Origin: Anaerolineales bacterium
GTDB taxonomy: Bacteria > Chloroflexota > Anaerolineae > Anaerolineales > Villigracilaceae
Reading direction: 5' to 3'
DNA length: 38,659 bases
NCBI GenBank assembly: GCA_049792555.1
Contig: JBARBA010000557.1
Location: 1 to 38,659, forward strand
This document shows positions 16,277 through 24,610 of the stretch, in pieces (position 1 is the stretch's first letter; every line of letters begins with the position of its first letter). The position numbers were made by a program, and so were the translations under genes. The notes beneath the pieces are model-generated. The model worked only from the letters and a program-made list of their open reading frames with translations, did no database searches and was not told the DNA's origin.

Positions 16277-17497
16277 TTACGCAAAAGTTTTCTTGACTTT
16301 GTAAATTCCATCCACCAGCTTGTCCACTTCGCCGGCGGTGGTGTAAAGGTAAAAACTGGCGCGCGAGGTGGCTGTGATGCCAAACTTTTCGTGCAACGGC
16401 TGGGCGCAGTGATGGCCGGCGCGTATGGCAATGCCATCCTGGTCGAGGATTTGGGCGACGTCGTGCGGGTGGACGCCTTCCAGCGTGAACGCGGCGACTC
16501 CACCCTTATCCTTTGCCGCCGGCCCGAAGAGCCTCAACCCCGGAATTTCTTCCAGCCGCTCGAGCGCGTATTCTGTGATCTCGTGCTCGTGCGCGGCGAT
16601 GGCGTCCATGCCGATGGCGCTCAGGTATTTTGCGGCAGCGCCAAAGCCGACGGCTTCGGCAATCGCCGGGGTGCCGGCTTCGAACTTATAGGGCAGCTCG
16701 TTGGGACGGAAGGAGCGCAGCTTGACTTCCTTGATCATGTCGCCGCCGCCCATGAAGGGTGGCATGGCCTCGAGGATAGCCTGCCTGCCATACAGCGCGC
16801 CGATGCCGGTGGGGCCGACCATCTTGTGCGCCGAAAAGGCCAGGAAATCCACATCCAGCGCCTGAACGTCGACTTTGAAGTGCGGCACCGATTGCGCCCC
16901 GTCCAGCAGGGCCAGCGCCCCGGCGGCGTGTGCCAGTGCGATGATTTCTTTTGCGGGAGTGATCGTGCCCAGCACGTTCGACATGTGCGTGAATGAGACG
17001 AGTTTCGGCCCCTGCGTGAGCAGCTTTTTGTATTCGTCCAGGTCGAGCAGACCGTCGTCCGTGACCGGGATAAACTCCAGGCGGATGCCGCGCTCGGCGG
17101 CCAGGATATGCCAGGGCACCAGGTTGGAGTGGTGCTCCATCTCGGTCAGGATGACCAGGTCGTTGGCTTTGAGGTTGGCGCGCGCCCAGGTGTAGGCCAC
17201 CAGGTTGATCGACTCGGTGGTGTTGCGGGTGTAGATCACCTGTCGAGGGGAAGGGGCGTTGATGAAGCGCGCAACCGACTCGCGCGCCTGCTCATAGAGC
17301 GCCGTGGCGCGCTCGGCCAGGGCGTGTACGCCGCGATGGATGTTGGCGTTCGAACGACTATAGAAATCGTCCATGACGGCAAGCACTTCCACAGGCTTCT
17401 GGGAGGTGGCGGTTGAATCCAGATAGACGAGCGGAATCCCCGGGTAGATGTCCCTGCCCAGGATCGGAAAATCGGCGCGGATGCGTTGAATATCCAT
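16277..17497 (-). CDS. sufS: Cysteine desulfurase, SufS type
   Basis: YLDSTATSQKP, PLP-lysine region FSAHKMVGPTGIG, active-site loop RAGHHCAQP. Confidence 0.95.
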   Translation of the reverse strand: MDIQRIRADFPILGRDIYPGIPLVYLDSTATSQKPVEVLAVMDDFYSRSNANIHRGVHALAERATALYEQARESVARFINAPSPRQVIYTRNTTESINLVAYTWARANLKANDLVILTEMEHHSNLVPWHILAAERGIRLEFIPVTDDGLLDLDEYKKLLTQGPKLVSFTHMSNVLGTITPAKEIIALAHAAGALALLDGAQSVPHFKVDVQALDVDFLAFSAHKMVGPTGIGALYGRQAILEAMPPFMGGGDMIKEVKLRSFRPNELPYKFEAGTPAIAEAVGFGAAAKYLSAIGMDAIAAHEHEITEYALERLEEIPGLRLFGPAAKDKGGVAAFTLEGVHPHDVAQILDQDGIAIRAGHHCAQPLHEKFGITATSRASFYLYTTAGEVDKLVDGIYKVKKTFA

Positions 17498-17498
17498 A

Positions 17499-17567
17499 GC
17501 GAGTAGAGAATAGAGAGTAGTGAGTAGAGATTTGCCTTTTTACTATTCTCTACTCATCTGCTCACTA
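17499..17567. repeat. REP-like element family B (GAGTAGAGAATAG / TAGTGAGTAGAGA ... CTATTCTCTACTC / CTGCTCACTA)
   Basis: Shares both motifs with 20876-20935. Lies between the small ORF and sufS. Confidence 0.55.
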
Positions 17568-17852
17568 ATAGTCTGGAATTTCCTTCTTGGTCGATTTCTT
17601 CTGGATGGGGCGGATCTGCCCGGAATTGGTGGGGTACCACAGGATGCGGTCCGGCACCATCCAGCCGTCGGTCAGGAAGACATTGGAGCGGAACTGCACC
17701 GCCACCATCTTGTTGTCGACCTGGACGACGATGCCTTTCAACCAGCCGCGGATGCGATCGGTGTTTTTCTCGTGGTCGCAGAAGGCTTCGACCGTCTCGC
17801 CAACTTCGAAACCGATTTCAAAATCAGGTGAACGCATAAAAGTATAGGCCAT
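17565..17852 (-). CDS. Small hypothetical protein, possible SH3/Tudor-like beta-barrel, embedded in the SUF operon
   Basis: ATG at 17852 is preceded by GAGGAGG (4 nt spacer). The pattern FEVGETVEAF...WLKGIVVQV...VAVQF resembles Tudor/Agenet-type barrels, judged by pattern only. The track start at 17939 (TTG) is unsupported. Confidence 0.5.
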   Translation of the reverse strand: MAYTFMRSPDFEIGFEVGETVEAFCDHEKNTDRIRGWLKGIVVQVDNKMVAVQFRSNVFLTDGWMVPDRILWYPTNSGQIRPIQKKSTKKEIPDY

Positions 17853-18026
17853 GGAACCTCCTCGCACTTTTCGCTTGATCTCCCCGGTGACGGGGCCATT
17901 CGGGCGCACGGTTGTTGGTGTTTTCATAACTTGCCTCAATTATAGATGAATTTTTTCAACAAACAGACCGCGTCCCCTGCCTGGTTGGGGATGGGGTAAG
18001 GGTCATTTTCTGATATTGGCCGAAGC

Positions 18027-19391
18027 TTAAGCTTGCATCTTGTCCAGAATCGCCTGTTGAAAACGTTCGCGGACGCCCTCAAAAGGAATACGCTGCATGA
18101 TGGGGTCGAAGAACCCTTCCACCATGATGCGCTCGGCGTCATTGGGTGGGATGCCGCGCGACTCGAGGTAGAATAGCGGCTCTTGTTCCAGTTTGCCGAC
18201 CGTTGCGCCGTGGGTGCAGCGCACGTCGTCGGCCAAAATTTCGAGGCCGGGGATCGAATCGGCGCGCGCGCCTTCGCTAAGCACCAGGTTGCGGTTGGCC
18301 TGGTAGCCGTCGGTTTTTTGCGCGCCGGGGGCCACGTAGATCATGCCCTGCCAGACCGAGCGGCTCTTGCCCTTGAGTGCGCCTTTGAAGAGCAAGTCGC
18401 TGGTGGTGTGCGGCGCGAGGTGGTTTTGCTGGGTATCGTGGTCGAGGTGCTGGGAACCGTCGGTGAAGTAAAAGCCCGACATGCGCCCCGTTGCGCCTTC
18501 CCCGACCAGATCAAGCTCGGAGAAGTTTTTGGTCAGGCGCGAGCCAACTGCGCCAAAGATCCAATCGAGGTTGCCGCCGCGTTCGACGCGGATGCGCTCG
18601 TGGCTGAAGTTCCAGACGTTTTGGCCCCAGGATTGTAACTCAACAAACTTGAAATTGGCGTCATTGCCGACTTTGATTTCGACAATCCCGGCGTGCATGG
18701 ACTGTGATTTGGATTCGGTTGTCGAGGCCGATTCGTGGACGTAGGTGGCGGAGGCGCCCTCGTCGATCCAGACCAGCAGGTGCGAGATGTGCGCCAGGTT
18801 TTCGCCCGGCCCCCAGAGCACGGAGTGGAACGGCTCTTCGACGGTGACGCCTTTGGGGACGTAGAGCACCACGCCGCTTTGGGCGAAAGCGCCCACCAGG
18901 GCCGAGAACTTGCCTTCTTCGACATTGACCGTCTGCCCAAGCATCTGGGCCACCAGGTCGGGATGCTTTTGGATGGCGGTTTGTAGATCGGTAAAGATCA
19001 CGCCTTTTTGGGCGAGTTTCGCGTCCAGTTCCACTTTTGCGCCGCCCGGCAGCAGGATGATCTGCCCGCCGTGCTGGCCTGCCCCGGAATTATCAGGGGT
19101 CGTGACCAGGGGTTTGAGCAAACCTTCGGGGATGGGAGATAAGTCGAGGTAGGCGTCAGGCTGCGGGAGTCTGAAGAGGTCGACGGGCAGGGTGTGGATG
19201 TCGGTGCGACGCCAGGCTTCTTCGGTGCTGACAGGCAGGGACAGCCGCTTAAACGCGTTAAAGGCGCGGGTGCGGTAGGATGCGAGCGCAGCCCCACCTG
19301 CGGCGCGGTCGCTTTCAGCGAAGGTGAAATCTCGTGCGGCGGTTTCGGCCCGTCGCGTGCGGCTTATGACTACTTTGGGTTTTTCTTCCAT
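18027..19391 (-). CDS. sufD: Fe-S cluster assembly protein SufD
   Basis: 454 aa; C-terminal LFYLESRGIPPNDAERIMVEGFF; position between sufB and sufS. Confidence 0.92.
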   Translation of the reverse strand: MEEKPKVVISRTRRAETAARDFTFAESDRAAGGAALASYRTRAFNAFKRLSLPVSTEEAWRRTDIHTLPVDLFRLPQPDAYLDLSPIPEGLLKPLVTTPDNSGAGQHGGQIILLPGGAKVELDAKLAQKGVIFTDLQTAIQKHPDLVAQMLGQTVNVEEGKFSALVGAFAQSGVVLYVPKGVTVEEPFHSVLWGPGENLAHISHLLVWIDEGASATYVHESASTTESKSQSMHAGIVEIKVGNDANFKFVELQSWGQNVWNFSHERIRVERGGNLDWIFGAVGSRLTKNFSELDLVGEGATGRMSGFYFTDGSQHLDHDTQQNHLAPHTTSDLLFKGALKGKSRSVWQGMIYVAPGAQKTDGYQANRNLVLSEGARADSIPGLEILADDVRCTHGATVGKLEQEPLFYLESRGIPPNDAERIMVEGFFDPIMQRIPFEGVRERFQQAILDKMQA

Positions 19392-19408
19392 GTCGGCATT
19401 CTCGGTTT

Positions 19409-19451
19409 ATACGGAATACGCAATACGTATTGCGTGGTGCGTATTCCGTAT
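19409..19451. repeat. REP-like palindrome family A in the sufB-sufD spacer
   Basis: ATACGGAATACGCAATACG / CGTGGTGCGTATTCCGTAT, with an inner perfect palindrome ACGCAATAC-GTATTGCGT. Shares ACGGAATACGCAA with 5448-5470. Confidence 0.6.
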
Positions 19452-19456
19452 TTGTT

Positions 19457-20863
<1,407 letters not shown>

Positions 20864-20875
20864 GGTATACCTCCG

Positions 20876-20935
20876 GGGAGTAGTGAGCAGAGAGAAGTGA
20901 TACCGTTAAAGCAAAGCTTTGGCTATTCTCTACGC
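20876..20935. repeat. REP-like element family B in the sufC-sufB spacer
   Basis: GAGTAGTGAGCAGAGA ... GCTATTCTCTAC, the same motifs as 17499-17567. Confidence 0.5.
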
Positions 20936-20950
20936 TCTTTTCTCCAAGCA

Positions 20951-21721
20951 CTAAGCAACTTCTTCGTATTTTTCGCGCACCCAATCGTAGCCCTGCTCTT
21001 CGAGGTGCAGCGCCAAGTCGGGGCCGCCTGATTCGACGATGCGGCCATCCAGCATGATGTGGACAAAGTGCGGCTTGATGTAGTCGAGCAAACGCTGGTA
21101 GTGGGTGATGACCAACGTGCCCAAGTCGGGGCCGCTCAAGGCGTTGACGCCCTCGGCGACGATGCGCAGCGCGTCGATATCCAGGCCGGAGTCGGTCTCG
21201 TCGAGGATGGCGATCTCCGGTTTGAGGGTGGCCATCTGCAAAATTTCGGCGCGTTTCTTCTCGCCGCCGGAAAAGCCGTCGTTAAGGTAACGCCCGGCGA
21301 AGGCCGCGTCCATCTTGAGCAGTCCCATGCGTTCTTTGAGCATTTTGCGGAACTCAGGGATCGGGACGCCTTTGTCTTCGGGGTTTGCGGCGCGCCGGCG
21401 GGCGTTGACGGCCGTGCGCAGGAAGTTGGCTACGGTTACGCCGGGGATGGAGACGGGGTACTGGAAGGCCAGGAAAATCCCGGCGCGCGAACGTTCGTCC
21501 GGTTTCAATTCAAGCAGGTTTTGGCCCTTGAACGAGACTTCGCCCTCGGTGACGGTGTAATTCGGATGGCCCATCAAGGTGTAAGCCAGTGTGGATTTGC
21601 CGGTGCCGTTGGGGCCCATGATGGCGTGGGTTTCACCTTGCTTGACCGTCAGGTCAACGCCTTTTAGAATTTCCTTGCCCTCGATGCTGACGTGCAGGTT
21701 TTTGATGACTAACTCAGACAT
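20951..21721 (-). CDS. sufC: Fe-S cluster assembly ATPase SufC
   Basis: [24 protein letters not shown], Walker [32 protein letters not shown]. The track extension to 21880 would run over a consensus promoter, so ATG 21721 is used. Confidence 0.94.
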   Translation of the reverse strand: MSELVIKNLHVSIEGKEILKGVDLTVKQGETHAIMGPNGTGKSTLAYTLMGHPNYTVTEGEVSFKGQNLLELKPDERSRAGIFLAFQYPVSIPGVTVANFLRTAVNARRRAANPEDKGVPIPEFRKMLKERMGLLKMDAAFAGRYLNDGFSGGEKKRAEILQMATLKPEIAILDETDSGLDIDALRIVAEGVNALSGPDLGTLVITHYQRLLDYIKPHFVHIMLDGRIVESGGPDLALHLEEQGYDWVREKYEEVA

Positions 21722-21841
21722 GGTCGCTCCGTTTAGTGGGTAGATGTTGGATTTTCGCTGTTGGATTCGAAAGAAACAGGCGCGCGATGGCTCAAGCTTT
21801 TCTCTAAACGCTAAAATCCAATGCCTTGCAGTGAGGGCCGC

Positions 21842-21870
21842 ATTATAGCAAATTTGGGTGAAACTGTCAA
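21842..21870 (-). promoter_or_regulatory. Consensus sigma-70-type promoter for the SUF operon
   Basis: The minus strand reads TTGACA-GTTTCACCCAAATTTGC-TATAAT (perfect -35, 17-bp spacer, perfect -10), about 114 nt upstream of the sufC ATG. Confidence 0.65.
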
Positions 21871-21957
21871 TATTTATCATATTTTTCTAGTATATTCAAA
21901 TGGAATAAGTGACTGCCGCTTGTCCCAAATTATTGGGAAGATGCTTTTCTTTTGCTG

Positions 21958-21963
21958 TATAAT
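21958..21963 (+). promoter_or_regulatory. Candidate -10 (TATAAT, preceded by TG) for tyrS
   Basis: GCTGTATAAT. The possible -35 TTGGGA at 21933-21938 gives a long 19-bp spacer. Confidence 0.4.
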
Positions 21964-22029
21964 AGGCGCATGATTTTCAGCGGATACACCTATCAAATTT
22001 GATTTTGGCCCCTGCTGTGGAGGATGCGC

Positions 22030-22067
22030 CGCGCCTGCGCTATCGCGCCAGCAGGCGCGTTTTTATT
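22030..22067 (+). terminator. Intrinsic-terminator-like hairpin inside the tyrS 5' leader (candidate attenuator)
   Basis: CGCGCCTGC-(12 nt loop)-GCAGGCGCG is a 9-bp G+C stem, followed by TTTTTATT. It ends 15 nt before the tyrS ATG and 3 nt before the GGAGAGAGAG SD. No upstream plus-strand gene needs terminating here. Confidence 0.55.
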
Positions 22068-22082
22068 CCAGGAGAGAGAGAT

Positions 22083-23294
22083 ATGGATATTAATGAGCAA
22101 GTCGAACTGTTGATGCAGGGCACCGAATACGGTGACGAGAGCCTGCACAAAACCATGGAGAACGAACTGCGCCAGCGCCTGATTGACGCCGAGAAGGAGG
22201 GGCGCAAGCTGCGCATTTACTGCGGTTACGACCCGCGCACCGCCGACCTGCACATCGGTCACACCGTCACCATGCGCAAGCTGCGCCAGTTCCAGGATTT
22301 GGGCCACGATGTGACCTTCCTGATCGGCACGTATACCTCGCTGATCGGCGATCCGTCGGACAAGGACAAGCTGCGTCCGCTGCTGACCCTGGATCAGGTG
22401 CTGGAGAACGCCCAAACCTACGCAAAGCAGGCCTACCGCGTGCTGGACGAGAGCAAGACCACCCTGCGTTATAACCACGAGTGGTTGGCGAAGCTGAGTT
22501 TTGGCGATTTGATCAAGCTGGCTTCGAACTTTACCATCCAGCAGTTCCTGACGCGCGAAGCCTTCCGCAAGCGCTGGGACGCGGAGGATGCGCTCTACCT
22601 GCACGAGTTTTTCTACGCCATCATGCAGGGTTACGACGCTTATGCGTTGCAAGCTGACGTGCAGGTGGGCGGCACCGACCAGTTGTTCAACATCATCACC
22701 GCCGGGCGCAAGATCATGACCGCGCTGGACGCCAAGCCCAACATCGGCATCATCATGGCGATCCTGCCCGGCACGGACGGCGTGGTCAAGATGAGCAAGT
22801 CGCTCGGCAACCACATCCCGCTCAACTCGACGCCGGAGGATATGTACGGCAAGGTCATGTCGATCCCGGATGTGGCCATGCTGCAATTTTCCAAGCTGGT
22901 GACGCGCTGGACGCCTGCGGAAGTGGCGGCCTTCGAGCAGGGTTTGCAGTCCGGGGCGACGCACCCGCGCGACGCCAAGATGAAGCTGGCCCACGAGGTG
23001 GTGGCGATCTACTACAGCCCGGCGCAGGCCGATGCGGCGCAGGAAGCCTTTGTGCGCCTGTTCCAGCAGGGCAGTGTGCCCACAGAGATGCCCGAGTTCG
23101 CCCTCCAGCCGGGGCAGACGGTGATCGAGGTGCTGCTGGCTGCCAGCCTGGTGGCCAGCAAATCGGACGGGCGGCGCATGATCGACCAGAAGGGCGTCAA
23201 GCTGGACGGTGAGACGCTCGAAAAGTTTGATGCGCTTTTCCCGCACGCGGGCGTTTTACAGGTGGGGAAGCGGCGCTTTGTGCGCGTGAAATAG
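22083..23294 (+). CDS. tyrS: Tyrosine--tRNA ligase
   Basis: HIGH motif DLHIGH, KMSKS motif VKMSKSLGN, C-terminal S4-like domain (SKSDGRRMIDQKGVKLDG). Start at ATG 22083 (MDINEQ...). Confidence 0.95.
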   Translation: MDINEQVELLMQGTEYGDESLHKTMENELRQRLIDAEKEGRKLRIYCGYDPRTADLHIGHTVTMRKLRQFQDLGHDVTFLIGTYTSLIGDPSDKDKLRPLLTLDQVLENAQTYAKQAYRVLDESKTTLRYNHEWLAKLSFGDLIKLASNFTIQQFLTREAFRKRWDAEDALYLHEFFYAIMQGYDAYALQADVQVGGTDQLFNIITAGRKIMTALDAKPNIGIIMAILPGTDGVVKMSKSLGNHIPLNSTPEDMYGKVMSIPDVAMLQFSKLVTRWTPAEVAAFEQGLQSGATHPRDAKMKLAHEVVAIYYSPAQADAAQEAFVRLFQQGSVPTEMPEFALQPGQTVIEVLLAASLVASKSDGRRMIDQKGVKLDGETLEKFDALFPHAGVLQVGKRRFVRVK

Positions 23295-23301
23295 GTATCA
23301 A

Positions 23302-23338
23302 CAGGCTCCCGAAGATATTTTTCGGGAGGCTGTTTTAT
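23302..23338 (+). terminator. Intrinsic terminator after tyrS
   Basis: CAGGCTCCCGAA-(7 nt)-TTCGGGAGGCTG (11/12 paired) followed by TTTT. Confidence 0.65.
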
Positions 23339-23406
23339 ATGGCAAAGCGGCGGCATTATAATAGCCTTCATACCAACGGGGTGATCCCCCAGGAAAGGAC
23401 AAACCA

Positions 23407-23931
23407 ATGAAAAAAATCCATGTTTTGCTGACCATCGCTGTATTGTTTTCCGTTGTTTTATCGGCCTGCGGGATTGCCGCCCCGCCACCCACGCCGACCG
23501 CGCAGCCGTCGGACACGCCCCTGCCCACGTTGACGCCCGCTCCGGCTCCGACGGACACGCCCATCCCGACCGATACGCCCATGCTTGAGCCGACCCTTAC
23601 CCAGGCGAATGCCCAACCCACAGGCGCATGTGTGTCTACCGACAAAACCTACGGGTATACACAAGAAAACCCGATCAAAGTCGGCGGCGATGACTTTGGC
23701 GGCCCTCCGCGCGAACGCGCCTACCTGGACAACCTGGCCGGCCCGCACGGCGAGCCGATCTCGTACAACCGCACCGGCTCCCTGGACTCTGGCGACACGA
23801 TCCTGGACGCTTACGAGATCAGCGGCTTGAGCAAACCCGTGACGCTTTACATCGACGAATATTCTTTCACAGAACCGCAAGCGCCGGTGGGTTTCACCTG
23901 CCTGGGCGCGTTTTCGCTGACTGCGCCGTAA
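23407..23931 (+). CDS. Putative lipoprotein with PT-rich linker, unknown function
   Basis: MKKIHVLLTIAVLFSVVLSAC (lipobox LSAC), then PPPTPTAQPSDTPLPTLTPAPAPTDTPIPTDTP, then a globular domain of about 100 aa with no known motif. Confidence 0.68.
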   Translation: MKKIHVLLTIAVLFSVVLSACGIAAPPPTPTAQPSDTPLPTLTPAPAPTDTPIPTDTPMLEPTLTQANAQPTGACVSTDKTYGYTQENPIKVGGDDFGGPPRERAYLDNLAGPHGEPISYNRTGSLDSGDTILDAYEISGLSKPVTLYIDEYSFTEPQAPVGFTCLGAFSLTAP

Positions 23932-23947
23932 AAGGGGAATTCACCCA

Positions 23948-24541
23948 ATGAAAATGAAGACAGCCTTGTGTATTTTGTTGCTGCTGCCCTGTTTCTTCAT
24001 GTCAGCCTGCGGCCCGGGGCAGTTATTCGGCCCCACGCTAACGCCCACGTCCACCCCCACGTTGACGCCCACGCCGACAGCCACTCCTACGCTGACGCCC
24101 ACGCTCACACCCACTCGCACGGCGACGCTTACCCCAACGCCGCTCCCGGGTCTGGGCGTAAAAGCCAGCGAAGTTACCAGCGCTTACAATTTCGATTTCA
24201 CCTTTAGCGATATCCCGGATGTCGACGGTCAGCCCGCCCAAAAGGGCGTCTCTACGAATGGGTTCGACACTATCACCCTGGTCGGCAAGCCTTACCTTTT
24301 CAGGGCGGAACTTAAAATCAATATGTCGCAAGAAAACAGCATGATTGCCACCGCCGAATGGATCCTGTTCCTCGAAATGACCTCGCACGGCGGCAAGGCA
24401 GCGGCAGATTGGGTGCGTGATAGTTATCCAGAAGCCGTCGAGAAGGGCGAGATCGAAAAGACCTTCGGCAAAGCGAAGGTCGTCCTCCAGGCCACGAATG
24501 GGTTTTTTACTTTGATTGTTACGCCGGTTGAAAATCCATAA
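23948..24541 (+). CDS. Putative lipoprotein with PT-rich linker, unknown function
   Basis: MKMKTALCILLLLPCFFMSAC, then TLTPTSTPTLTPTPTATPTLTPTLTPTRTATLTPTP, then a domain of about 130 aa. Lies 16 nt after the previous gene. Confidence 0.68.
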   Translation: MKMKTALCILLLLPCFFMSACGPGQLFGPTLTPTSTPTLTPTPTATPTLTPTLTPTRTATLTPTPLPGLGVKASEVTSAYNFDFTFSDIPDVDGQPAQKGVSTNGFDTITLVGKPYLFRAELKINMSQENSMIATAEWILFLEMTSHGGKAAADWVRDSYPEAVEKGEIEKTFGKAKVVLQATNGFFTLIVTPVENP

Positions 24542-24610
24542 ACCCACCATCAGAGAAATCCTTATGGATTTCATTCTTTCGATATCACTCCGAAATGCTA
24601 AACTACACAT

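Noticed and set aside
21745-21823. SufR-type operator (CAAC-N6-GTTG) in the suf leader
   Set aside because: CAAC and GTTG elements are present, but not in the palindromic CAAC-N6-GTTG arrangement I recall for cyanobacterial SufR. It is reported only as an unassigned inverted repeat.
21722-21880. N-terminal extension of sufC to 21880 given by the ORF track
   Set aside because: It would translate across a perfect TTGACA-17-TATAAT promoter. The SufC family sequence starts at MSELVIKNL (ATG 21721).
21964-22082. T-box riboswitch upstream of tyrS
   Set aside because: The leader downstream of the candidate -10 is only about 113 nt. I could not fold a Stem I, and the best T-box-like stretch (GUGGAGGAUGCGCCGCG) deviates from GGUGGNACCGCG. 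It is kept only as a generic attenuator or uORF hypothesis.
21993-23246. 417-aa minus-strand ORF opposite tyrS
   Set aside because: Antisense shadow ORF with a low-complexity R/L/H/Q-rich product. tyrS on the plus strand has the HIGH and KMSKS motifs.
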